Origin: Mustelus asterias
Lineage: Eukaryota
Direction of reading: 5' to 3'
Length of the DNA stretch: 64,000 nt
Assembly (NCBI RefSeq): GCF_964213995.1
Contig: NW_027590593.1
Location: 1-64,000, forward strand
The position numbers and the translations under genes were made by a program. The notes under the pieces are model-generated. The model was given only the letters and a program-made list of their open reading frames with translations. It was not told where the DNA came from and did not search any database. This document shows positions 47,000 to 59,539 of this stretch, piece after piece (the stretch's first letter is position 1; each line of letters opens with the position of its first letter).

Positions 47000-49900
47000 T
47001 AATAGATAAGACTGATGAGTTAAGGGTGTGGATTGACACATGGAAGTTTGATATTGTTGTCATCACAGAAACATGGTTGTTGGAAGGGCAGCTCTGGCAA
47101 CTCAACATTCCGGGGTATAGGATCTTTAGGTGAGACAGAGGAGAGGGTACAAAGGAAAGTCATGAAGCACCATTAATTAAGGAGTCAATTACTGCAATAA
47201 AGAGAGATGATATCTTGGAAGGGCCTTCAAACAAGGCTTTTTGGGTAGAATTGAGGAATGTTAAGGTGGCAGCCATATTACTGGGAGTGTATTATAGACC
47301 ACCAAAGAGTCAGCAGGAAATAGAGGAGCAGATATGTAGACAGTTCACTGAGGTGTGTAAGGGTAATAATTGGTAATTATAGTAGAGATTTCAACTTTTC
47401 CAATGGGATATTCATAGGCTGGAATGTTACTGCCTCACCCATCACGGGAATTGGAACAGGCAGGGGGGGCGGACCATGGAAATGTCCGTTGACCTTGGAC
47501 GGGATTTTACGGTTTTGGGATGAGCAAGGCTATAAAATCCCGTATAGTGTTAAGGACTGAGAGGGGCAGATTTCTTGAAATGTGTTCAGGGGAGTTTTTT
47601 GCACCAATATGTGGAAGGCCCAACAAGGAATGGAGCAGTGCTGGATCTGGTTCTGGGAAATGAAGGCAGACAAGTGTTCAATGTGTCAGTGGGGGAGCAT
47701 TTCAGCAATAGTGACCACAACACAGTACGGTTTAAGTTTGTTATGGACAAGGGGAAAGATGGCCTGCAAAAAATGGCTTTGGTTTTGGGGAATGCAGATT
47801 TTATTAAAATAAGGCAGGATCTGGCCAAAGTTGACTGGAAACTGCTCGTTGCGGGAAAGTCTATAGCAGAGTAGTGGGGGGCATTCGAAAGGGAACAGGG
47901 GATAGTAGAGAGCCAACATGTACACTTTAGGGGGAAATGTAGGAATAATAGGTTCAGGGAACCCTGAATGCCTTGGACAGTTCAGGACTGGATGAGGAAG
48001 GAAGAGAAAGGCTTTTAGCAAGTCAAAAGCAAGCAATTCAGGTGCAGACCAGGAGAAATATTGGAAATGCATGAGATTACTTAAGAAAGTAATTAGAAGA
48101 GCAAAAAGGGGGCATACAGGATTGGGGAAAATCCTAATATATTCTATAAATCCATTAAGGGGAAGAGGTTAACCAGGGAAGAGTAGGGCCTGTTAGAGAC
48201 TAAGAGGGAAATGTGTGTGTGTGAAGCCACAGGACATTGGAAGGGTGTTAAATGAATACTTCATTTTGGTCTTAACTCTGGAAAATGAGGATGTAGGCAC
48301 AGAATTCAGGAAAAGGGGCTGAGGAACTTGAACAGTTTGACATAGGAAATGATGATGTATTGGAGGCTCTGACAGGCTTAAAAAGGGACAAATCCCCAGA
48401 CCTGGATTAATTGTATCCCAAGCTGCTGTGGGAAGTGAGGCAGGAAATTGCAGGGGCTTTGACACAAATTTTTAATTCCTTTCTGGCCATGGGGGAAGTA
48501 AGCAGAAACTGATAGCCAAGTTCCGCACACACGAGGACGGCCTCAACCGGGATATTGGGTTCATGGCACACTATTTGTAACCCCCACAGAGTTTCACTGG
48601 CTGTCTTGTCTGGAGACAATACACATCTTTTTAGCCTGTCTTGATGCTCTCTCCACTCACATTGTTTTGTTTCTTAAAGACTTGATTAGTTGTAAGTATT
48701 TGCATTCCAACCATTATTCATGTAAATTGAGGTTGTGTCTTTATATGCTCTGTTTGTGAACAGAATTCCCACTCACCTGAAGAAGGGGCTTGCAGCTCCG
48801 AAAGCTTGTGTGGCTTTTGCTACCAAATAAACCTGTTGGACTTTAACCTGGTGTTGTTAAACTTCTTACTGTGTTTACCCCAGTCCAACGCCAGCATCTC
48901 CACATCATGGGGGAAGTGCCAGAGGACTGAAGGATGGCTAATGTGGTTTCACTTTTCAAGAAGGGTGGTGGCAATGAACCAGGAAATTACAGACTAGTGA
49001 GTCTCACTCACAGTAGTGGTAGGGAAACTGTTGGAGAAAATTCTGAAGGAGAGAATTAATATCCACTTGGAAAGGCATAGGTTGATTAGGGATGGTCAGC
49101 ATGGCTGTGTTAGAGGGAGGACATGCCTAACAAATTTGTTAGAATTATTCAAAAATGTGATCAAGTGTGTGGGTGAGGGAAGTTCAGTTGATGTAGTTGA
49201 TATGGATTTTAGCAAAGCTTTGACAATGTCCCACATGGGAGACTGATTGAGAAGGTTAAAGAACACAGAATTAGGGGAAACTTGGTGAGATGGATCTGGA
49301 ACTGGCTTAATAATAGGGTATGAAGAGTGGTGGTAGAAGGCTATTTGAGCAACTGGAGGTTGATGTCCAGTGGTGTACAACAAGGATCAGTACTGGGACG
49401 CTTACTGTTTGTTGTATACATAAATGATTAGGGTGGCACGGTAGCACAGTGGTTAGCACTGCTGCTTCACAGCTCCAGGGTCCCGGGTTCGATTCCCAGC
49501 TCGGGTCACTGTCTGTGTGGAGTTTGCACATTCTCCTCGTGTCTGCGTGGGTTTCCTCCGGGTGCTCCGGTTTCCTCCCACAGTCCAAAGATGTGCGGGT
49601 TAGGTTGATTGGCCAGGTTAAAAATTGCCCCTTAGAGTCCTGGGATGCGTAGGTTAGAGGGATTAGCGGGTAAATATGTGGGGATAGGGCCTGGGTGGGA
49701 TTGTGGTCGGTGCAGACTCGATGGGCCGAATGGCCTCCTTCTGCACTGTAGGGATTCTATGATTTGATTTCTATGATTATAGATGAAAATGTTGGGAGAA
49801 AGATAAGCAAGTTTGCAGATGACATGAAGATTGGTAGGGTGCTTAATAGTGAATAAGACGGTCATAGGTTACAGGAAGATATAGATGGGTTGGGCAGAGC

Positions 49901-51340
49901 AGCGGCAGATGGTATTTAACCCTGACCAGCGCGAGGTGATTTACTTTGGAAAAAATAACAAGATGAGGGAGTATTTAATGAATGGCAGGACACTGGGAAT
50001 CTCAGAGAAAAGATGGATCTTGGTGTAAGTATTCACCAATCCCTGAAGTCACGTGGATAGGAGCACGTGGATAGGATAGTTAAGAAGGCATATGGACACT
50101 TTCTTTTATCAGTCGTGACATAGAGTGTAAGAACAAGGAGATAATGTTTGGAGTTGTACAGACGTTGGTGAGGCCATAGCTGGAGTACTGTTTGCAATTC
50201 TGGTCGCCACACTAAAGAACTATAAGAATGTGATAGCACTCAAGGTGAGGTACAGAGGAAATTCACCAGGATGTTGCCTGGGATGGAGCATTTGAGTTAT
50301 AAGGACTCAATGGGTTTGGATTATTTTCGTTAGAGCAGAGAAGACTGAGGGGGACATGACTGATGTGTATAAGATTATGAGGGGTATGGATAGGGTGAGT
50401 AGGAAGCAGCTGTTCTCCTTGGTTGAGCAGCCAGTCACGAGGGGGCATAGATTTAGGGTAAGGGGCAGGAGATTCAGAGAGGATTTGAGAAAAAACTTGC
50501 ACACTGAGGGAGGTTGGAATCTGGAATGCACCGCCTGGGAATGTAATGGAGGCCAGAAACCTTACAACCTATAAAAATATTTGGATGAGCACTTGAAACA
50601 TCACAACATTCAAGGATATGGGCAAGTGCAGGAAAAAGGGATTAGCACCACTTTAGTGGTACATATTGTCATTGCAGACTCGATGGATCAAAGGAACTTT
50701 TCTGTGTTATATGGGTCTAAAACTCCATGCAGAACAAACGGTAATTTCACTGAAATGTACAAAATTCTTATAGGGTATAAAAGGGTAGATGTAATTTCAA
50801 AGTTTTCCCTGGCTGGTGAAACTAGTCATGATGTGGAGATGCCGGCGTTGGACTGGGGTAAACACAGTAAGATATCTCACAGGTTAAAGTCCAAGAGGTT
50901 TATTTGGTAGCAAATTAGAACCATTGATGTTGTTTAGAAGGATGAGGGGGGACCTCATTGAAACTTATAGAATACTGAAAGGCCTGGATAGAGTGGATGT
51001 GGGGAAGATGCGTCCACTCATAGGAGAGACTAGGATCTGAGGGCACGGCCTCTGAATAAAGGGACTGAGATGAAGTGGAATTCTTCAGCCAGAGGGTGGT
51101 GAATCTGTGGAATTCATTGCCACTGAAGGCTGTGGAGGTCAGTTCATTGAGTATACTTAAGACAGAGATAGATAGGCTTTTGATTGGTAAGGGGGTCAAA
51201 GCTCATGGGGAAAAGGAGGGAGAATGGTGTTGAGAAACTTATCAGGCATGAATGAATGGCAGACTTGATGGGCCAAATGGCCTAATTCTGCTCCTATATC
51301 TTATGGTGTAATGGTCTGGGACACAGCCTCAGAATTAGGA
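47000..51340 (+). mobile_element. Old degenerate CR1 ORF2 (APE-RT) with nested MITE, Penelope end, SINE (49432-49775) and further CR1 tails
   Basis: ITETW, YRPP, SDHN, QHG, DFSKA, FADD remnants in order, with many stops. Confidence 0.85.
48500..48908 (+). mobile_element. 5'-truncated Penelope-like insertion (ORF end plus 3' terminus) with 12-bp target duplication
   Basis: QKLIAKFRTHEDGLNRDIGFMAHYL* is a typical Penelope C-terminus; CATGGGGGAAGT at 48488-48499 and 48906-48917. Confidence 0.85.
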
Positions 51341-51464
51341 ATAAGCATCGAAGACTGAGGTGAGGTTGAATTTTTTCACTCAGAGAGTGGTGAATCTTTG
51401 GAATTCTCCAATCCAGAGGGATATGGAAGCTCAATCATTCAGTATGTTCAGGACAGAAATTGAT

Positions 51465-51495
<31 letters not shown>

Positions 51496-52379
51496 CATCT
51501 GAGTGCGCATGTCTCTTGTGTGTCATGTGTGTGTGTGTCATTATACATTATTATCAAAGGGGTCAGAGGTTACTCGGGGGATGGCAGGAATGTGGGGTTG
51601 AAGTTACATCAGCTATTGACGTTATTAAACGGTGGAGTATGGTCCAGAGGCCGAGTGGCCTCCTCCTGCTCCTAATGTGTATGTACATATCCAGGAAGAG
51701 AACTTTAATCTGTGCTTAACTCGCATTTTGTGATTGAACTGGGAATATTTGATGAAACAGTAGGAAGGCAGATTTACACTGTTTCTAACACCCTGGTGTA
51801 GTTAGTCAGTTCGATTCCCAGTTTGGGCTACTGTCTGTCCGGAGTCTACACATTCTGCCCATGTCTGCGTGTGTTTCCTCTGGGTGCTCCAGTTTCCCCC
51901 CACAGTGCAAATGACGTGCTGGTTAGGTGCTAAATTCTCCCTCAGTGTACCTGAACAGGCGTTGGAGTGTGGCAACTAGGGGATTTTCACAGTAACATCA
52001 TTGCAGTGCACTTCTGACACTAACAATTCTGACAGTGCAGACACTTCTGACACTAACAATTAAACTTAATGGGAACAACTTTTTTCAATGTCAACCTGTC
52101 CTAATCTTGTACAGCTCTAGCAAATCTCCCCTCAAGGGGAACAAGTGCAGTGCATGCTCCGCCAGTCGCAAGCACACATTAATGTTCATTAAACCCATTT
52201 CTTTAGCTTGGCCTGGTGCCCCCTTTGCCACATCGGGTGTGGTATGCATTTGGGACTCTCTGTTATATTGGGAGTCACAGGCAATGTCCTATTTCAGGAT
52301 GAATTTCTACTTTGTTATGACTCTTAATATTGACTGCATTGTTGTTTTAACACAATTTCTAAGTGACGATCATTAAGAT

Positions 52380-53570
52380 TTATGTGAACATGTCAATATA
52401 TATTCTATTGTTTTCTGAATAAGGATGCAGACATCTCCATAGTCTCTGCCTCAATTGTTTTTGTATGTGTTGGTCTCCCAAAATTTAGTGAGTTACGAAA
52501 AATTTCAACCATTGGGTCCACTATCTCTACAGCTACTTCCATTCACACCCAAGCATGAAGCTCAGGTCCTGGTGACTCAGAAACATAGAAAATAGAAGCG
52601 GGAGTAGGCCATTCGGCCCTTCGAGCCTGCTCTGCTATTCATTTTGATCATGACATCATCAGATTCAATATCCTGATCCCACCTTCCCCCATATCCCTTA
52701 ATCCCTTTAGCCCCAAGAGCTATATCTGTACTGACTTGTCTACATTTAGCCGTTTGATTTTCTCTAATTCTCTATTCTTTGTGATTGGGATTTTTCTAAG
52801 TTCTACTATTTAATTTGATAACTTCGGGATATTTGCAATGTCTTCCAAGGTGAAGACTGATATTAAAAAAATGTTTCGCATAATCCACCATTTTTTGTTT
52901 GCTGATATCAATTCACGAGCTTCATTCAGTTGGAGTTCCACATTTACCTGAGCTGCCCGTTTCCGATTTATATATCTGTACAAACTCTTACTGTTTGTTT
53001 TAATTCTGCATGTAAGTTTTTTCCGAAACTTCATTCTTTCCCTCTTTATGAGCTGTTTTGTGTTTTGCTGCTGGATCCCAGAAACTTGACAGTCCTCTGG
53101 TCTACCACTATCGCTTGCTACTTTGTATATCCTACTTTCTTTATCTTTGACCTCCTGTGTTAATGATGTGGAGATGCCGGCGTTGGACTGGGGTAAACAC
53201 AGTAAGAAGTTTAACAACACCAGGTTAAAGTCCAGATTGGAGCTCCGAAAGCTTGTGTGGCTTTTGCTACCAAATAAACCTGTTGGACTTTAACCTGGTG
53301 TTGTTAAACTTCCTCCTGTGTTAAACCATGGATTTTGTCTCGTTCTCATTGAATCCCCCTTATTGATTGGGATAAACTCCGGCTGAGCATTTTGGACCAA
53401 CTGTTTGAATATCTGATACTGCTCATCTACTAATCTGTATCTTAGCTTGTTTACCCAGATCACCTTAGCCAACTCCTCCCTCATACCATTATAATTGCCC
53501 TAAGTTGAAGACACTGGTTGTAGGCCTATGGCGTTCATCCTCAAACTGTATCTGGACTTCTATCTTATTG
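52380..53570 (-). mobile_element. Degenerate CR1 ORF2 linker fragment with a nested CR1 tail and Penelope hairpin (53162-53312)
   Basis: MREELAKV.W and IKTNSKSLYRYI motifs. Confidence 0.75.
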
Positions 53571-53754
53571 TGGTCTGGATTGAATAGATCCGGGTTCTAA
53601 CCACCTTGTATCTGATATTCCAGTTTGTACGTTTTGTTCCGCGCGCTCTTTTCACTTCTGTTTGAATTTGAATCTAAAATGTCGGTTCGAGCCGGCAGGA
53701 GGAGGAGCTGGATGGTGAAAGACATTTCACTGCTCTGTCTGTCTCTCAGTCTCC

Positions 53755-53815
53755 TCCCCGCCCCGCCCCTCTCTCTCGCTTTCTCAGTCAGGTCGGGGCG
53801 AGCTGTATAATAAAG
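53755..53815 (+). promoter_or_regulatory. Histone H4 promoter
   Basis: Tandem GC boxes CCCCGCCCCGCCCC, site-II-like CGCTTTC...CAGGTC, TATAAT at 53806. Confidence 0.65.
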
Positions 53816-53859
53816 GAAGCTGCAGCAGCTCCTCCCTCATTCAGCAGCGATTTGACTGA

Positions 53860-54180
<321 letters not shown>

Positions 54181-54211
54181 ACAAATTCACCCAATTCTCG
54201 CAAAACCCAAA

Positions 54212-54227
54212 GGCTCTTTTCAGAGCC
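54212..54227 (+). promoter_or_regulatory. Histone 3' stem-loop of H4
   Basis: CCCAAA-GGCTCTTTTCAGAGCC; purine-rich GAGAG element ~17 nt downstream. Confidence 0.95.
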
Positions 54228-54801
54228 GCCCACATCCTCACATTGAGAGCCCTGACCATGATACAGTGGGATGTCCATTGTAATGGACAAAGCTTTCAGA
54301 TCATGATGGTTTAGTTTGATATAAGCGATAATCGCACATTTCATGGTCTAAATTTGTACGGGTGTGGCAATGAGACAAACTGGGCGCGCCTAATAACCTG
54401 CATTATATTCAGAACAAAGAAAGTTCCAGGCCCTTCGGCCCTCCAAGCCTGCATCGACTATGCTGCCTGACTGAACTAAAACTCCCTACCCCTCGGGGGA
54501 CCATATCCCTCTATTCTCATCCTATTCATGTATTTGTCAAGACCCCCCCTCATCGACACGCAAACTAGTTTCTCACTTAAACTCATTTCATTACCAATGT
54601 TGTGTGACCCGCCCTTTCGTATATACAGTGAAGGTTCTGAATCATTGTAAATAAATCGCTTCAGGCTGCTGGATGATCCCTGTTTGAAGCTTAAATTCGA
54701 GACTATTCCCTGCAGCGTCTCTGAAAATTCAGAAAGCTGCAAAGGAAATCTCACAAAAACACAATTGTGTGGATGGACACTCTTTCACAGAGAAAGTGGG
54801 T

Positions 54802-54817
54802 GGCTCTGAAAAGAGCC
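54802..54817 (-). promoter_or_regulatory. Histone 3' stem-loop of H2A
   Basis: GGCTCTTTTCAGAGCC-ACCCA with downstream GAAAGAG. Confidence 0.95.
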
Positions 54818-54847
54818 TTTGGGTTGCTAGATTTCAGAGTGGTCGCT

Positions 54848-55285
<438 letters not shown>

Positions 55286-55831
55286 TCACTTCTCTTATAG
55301 CTTGAGGAGGGATGGCGGTGCACACATTGCTGATTGGTTATGGGGAAAACCTAATGACACCTTCTCTACAATGACCAATCAGATATCTGTTTAAAGCACC
55401 AATCGGGAAAGGCCACGGTACTGAGGGCGGAAAGTAAGGGCGCCAAATTCTCAGATTCCAACCGATTCATTATTTCAAATTTTAAATGAGCGCCAAAATA
55501 CACAGAAAAATTCCAGCAGCAATTGTAAAAAATATGTTGATAGATAATCCAGATTTCAGTTCAAGATTAGATACACTCCATTTCTCTCCCTAACCTAAAG
55601 TTTCCCTTTATCGGGCAGTTTGATTTCACGTGTGGGATTTCTCACTAACTGCCCAGAAGTCGAAAATTAATTCAAGTAACATTCTGCGGGAAGTCAGAAT
55701 TAAAATCAGAAAATGCTAGAAAAATCCAACAGCTCTGGCAGCGTCGATGGAGGTTAATGTTTGGGATCTTTACAGGGGTCATTCCAATCCGGATCCTTAA
55801 TTCTGTCTCCACAGATGAACAGATATCCACT

Positions 55832-55868
55832 CCATCTGACGAAGGAGCTGTGCTCCGAAAGCTTATGG
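55832..55868 (+). ncRNA. Minimal hammerhead-ribozyme-like motif in a Penelope terminus
   Basis: CCAU-CUGACGA-A-GGAGC(UGU)GCUCC-GAAA-GCUU-AUGG: core, stem II and stem I all present. Confidence 0.55.
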
Positions 55869-56474
55869 TATTTGCTACCAAATAAACCTGTTGGACTTTA
55901 ACCTGGTGTTGTGAGACTTCTTACTCCACAGATGCTGCCAGACTTGCTGAGTTTATCCAGCGTTCTGAGTTTTCATTCACGCCCAAAATAAAGGCGCCAA
56001 ACTGGCAGAATCTAAACTTTTAAAGTAAACTGCCGACATATTTGTAAATTAAGGAACAAGTTACAAGTGGAATTAGCTCGAAGTTTTATAATGTCGTCCT
56101 ACCTCTTTCTATTGGTTTACGTTTTATCACAAATTCCAAATTAATTTTTACAATCCGCAGTCTAATCAACATTAACCGGACAGTTGTTTAAAACACTCTG
56201 GTCAGGCGACAGAATGTCTCATTCACCGCCTCCTGCAAATAGACTAAAAATTGTATCCATTTTGTAACAGGCTACAAATTCAGTGTCAAAAGCGGAGTTT
56301 TCACTTTGCGCTCTCTCCAAAGCCGGATATCAAGGTCACCGAGCAGCCACTAAATGAAGGGACTTTACAAAAATGCAAAGATCGAGCGGATTCATTCTGC
56401 ATCACTCACAATACTGTTAGAAACAAACAAAGACTCAGTTTCAAAGTGTTTTTCTTACAATAAAACAGACAAGT

Positions 56475-56588
56475 AATTACTAAATGTGGGTTTAGCTACT
56501 TCACAGAAGTTGTGGGTGGCTCTTAAAAGAGCCGTTTGGTTGGTTTGGGTGTTTTTTCAGTGCATTGGACAGTTTTACTTGGAGCTGG
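56475..56588 (-). pseudogene. Orphan H2B 3' end (last codons, stop, stem-loop 56518-56533, downstream element)
   Basis: CCAGCTCCAAGTAAAAC and GGCTCTTTTAAGAGCC with ~45 nt downstream near-identical to the H2B 3' end at 57355-57460. Confidence 0.85.
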
Positions 56589-57398
56589 CAGTTGTTTAAA
56601 ACACTCTGGTCAGGCGGCAGAATGTCTCTCACCGCCTCCTGCAAATGGGCTAATATTGTATTCATTTTGTAACAGGCTACAAATTCACTGTCAAAAGCGG
56701 AGTTTTCACTTTGTTGCCAGTGGGATTGAAGTTTCGACACCAAAAGGATTGATGTTGAATAAACTGATCGACTATTGAGAGCATTCTCTAACACATAGAA
56801 ACGGACGTATTTGCGATCTATTCGCTCTCTGCCTAAAGCCAGCACAATAGCTCAGCCAGGGTCACCGAGCAGCCACTAAATGAAAGGATTTATTCGCGCT
56901 CTCTCCAAACCCGGATATCAAAGGCGGATGTCAGAGCGCAGTCAGGGTCACTGAGCAGTAAATGAAAGGATTTTACAAACAAAACATGAAGATCCAGCGG
57001 ACTCATTCTGCATCACTCACAATATTCTGTTTGAAACACATCAGAAAATAAAGTTCAAAGTGCATTATTATTTACAATAAAACATCAAATAATTTAAGGT
57101 GAGAGGGGAGAGATACAATGTCCAGAGGGGCAATTTTTTCCACACAGAGGGTGGCGAGTGTCTGGAACAAGCTGCCAGAGGTAGTAGAGACGGGTAAAAT
57201 TTTATCTTTTAAAAAGCATTGAGTTACATGGGTACGATGGGTAGAGGGATATGGGTCAAATGCGGGCAATTGGGATTAGTTTAGGGGTTTAAAAAAAAAG
57301 GCGGCATGGACAAATTGGGCCGAAGGGCCTGTGTCTATGCTGCAAACCTCTGACTAATTACTAAAAGTGGGTTTAGCTACTTCACAGAAGTTGTGGGT

Positions 57399-57414
57399 GG
57401 CTCTTAAAAGAGCC
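57399..57414 (-). promoter_or_regulatory. Histone 3' stem-loop of H2B
   Basis: GGCTCTTTTAAGAGCC-ACCCA. Confidence 0.95.
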
Positions 57415-57446
57415 GTTGTTTATTTTTTTCGGTGTATTATGTAGTT

Positions 57447-57827
57447 TTACTTGGAGCTGGTGTATTTGGTCACCGCCTTTGTCCCCTCCGACACGGCGTG
57501 CTTCGCCAGTTCCCCGGGCAGAAGCAGGCGCACGGCGGTCTGGATCTCCCGGGAGCTGATGGTGCTGCGCTTGTTGTAATGGGCCAGGCGTGAAGCCTCA
57601 CCCGCGATGCGCTCGAAGATGTCGTTAACGAACGAGTTCATGATGCTCATGGCCTTGGAGGAGATGCCGGTGTCGGGGTGAACCTGCTTCATCACTTTGT
57701 AGATGTAGATGCCGTAACTCTCCCTCCTGGACCTCCTCTTCTTCTTGCCACTCTTGGTTGTCGGTTTCTTCAGGGCTTTCTTGCCGCCCTTCTTGGAAAT
57801 TTGCTGCTGCTTCTTATCCTCACCCAT
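57447..57827 (-). CDS. H2B: Histone H2B, replication-dependent, 126 aa
   Basis: [25 protein letters not shown]...KYTSSK; ATG at 57825-57827. Confidence 0.98.
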   Translation of the reverse strand: MGEDKKQQQISKKGGKKALKKPTTKSGKKKRRSRRESYGIYIYKVMKQVHPDTGISSKAMSIMNSFVNDIFERIAGEASRLAHYNKRSTISSREIQTAVRLLLPGELAKHAVSEGTKAVTKYTSSK

Positions 57828-57879
57828 TCTCGCCTTCAATTTCAGAAAAGCAATAACTGGAGCGGGCCCCAGAACTCAG

Positions 57880-58012
57880 TATTTATCGACTCAGACGCGG
57901 CCCAATGCAAATGAAGGATCGGGGAGGACAACTTTCCCCATTGGCTGATTCACAATGATGTCAAATCGCAATGTTCTATCTGTCACTGATTGGTTACTTT
58001 CGATAGCCAATC
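57880..58012 (-). promoter_or_regulatory. H2B promoter with octamer and CCAAT boxes
   Basis: ATTTGCAT at 57905-57912, TATA-like GATAAATA at ~57880-57888, CCAAT boxes at ~57940, 57989 and 58007. Confidence 0.8.
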
Positions 58013-59539
58013 AGATTCACTGCTCGTCACAGCCACAATGTCAGAATGACAGAGGTTTGGCAGTGCAGTGGGCCATTCGACTCATCCTGTCTATACTGTC
58101 TCCGGATTTGCAACTCACTCAGTCCCCGTTCTCCTGCCTTCCCTTAGGAACATTGCACAATCTTTCTCTTCACAGAACAGCTTATTCCAAATGTGAACTC
58201 TTTCTTTGAACCAGCCTCCATAATACTCTCGAGCGGGGCATTGCAGTCTGTAACCATCCCCTGCATCAAAAGATTTTTTCTTTCACATTGACAAGCAGTC
58301 ATTTCAGTTCCGTGTTCCCACCTGCCTGATTATGTCATGCGGGGTGTAATTTCTCCAAATGAACTCAGCCCATGCCCCTCAGGGGTTTGAGAGCCTCTAT
58401 CTAATCTCCTCTCCGCCGTCACTTCTTGTAAGGAAGTTTTGACTTCTTCAATTTTATGCTTGATTTAAGTTCACAGAATTGCTTTTTTAAAAAAATTCCA
58501 TTCTTAAAGTTACAAAGCCAATACTCAGTGTGGACAGGACGAAATCATATCCCTTCCTTGTGTGATAATAGTTCGCTACCAATATATTTTATGTTTAAGA
58601 GGGACTGCTTTATCATTCAGTGTTTTGCTACGAAAGGAATACAGCAGATGCTGGAAAGCAGGATAAGTACACCTTTTCATCATGTAAATCCTTATTTAGC
58701 TGGAGACTGAATGAGCTTGTTTATCAACGAAGAGGACCTTGTGGTGTTTTTTGATTAATGTAATGGAAAGGTGGGCTTAGTCTGCAGGGTCATTTAGTCA
58801 TGTGATACGAGAAAAGGGAGGAGCTAGGTTTGCACTGAGAAAAACAGCTGTCTGAGTTCAGCTGCTGGAAAGGCCTGATAAAGTTAACAGCCTCGAAGCA
58901 ACTCTCTCTGGAACCTCCAAAGCTGTGAACAAAGGTTAAGCAAGTTTGCCTGGACGTGTAAACTATATTAAGCGGATTTTAAATCTACAGGAGAAATATT
59001 GCTTAATTGGAAACCAAAAGAGAAAATGCTGGAAAATCCCAGCAGGTCTGGCAACATCTGGAAGGAGAGAAAAGTGCTGACATTACGAGTCCAGATGACC
59101 TTTTTCAAAGTTTCAATTTCAGATTGCAGCATCCACAGTAATTTGCTTTTATTGCTCAATTGGAACTGAGTTACAGGTTAAGGATTGTTTCATTCAAAGA
59201 TTTGTCAATGATTAAGAGTCAAACTGTTTCATTTTGTTCAAGTTATACTCAAACGACGTCATGGATAAAGCTTGTTTTGTCTGTGGAATTACTCCTGGAG
59301 CAAAAGCATCCTTTCCTCAAATTGATGCCAGAATAGAATAATTGTTTGGGTCTCATCTGGCTTTATAATATACCTGGGGTTTCTGCTCTGATTGGCTAAC
59401 ATTTGCTTCAAAACCAAATTCAAATTGAATTGGATCCAATCCATGTTTCCCAGAGGAGAGACAAACAAGATCCAAGCTGACAAGATAACTCATTGCACCC
59501 CATCTTTGGTTTGATCAGACACTTGATCTCAGGCAAAAG

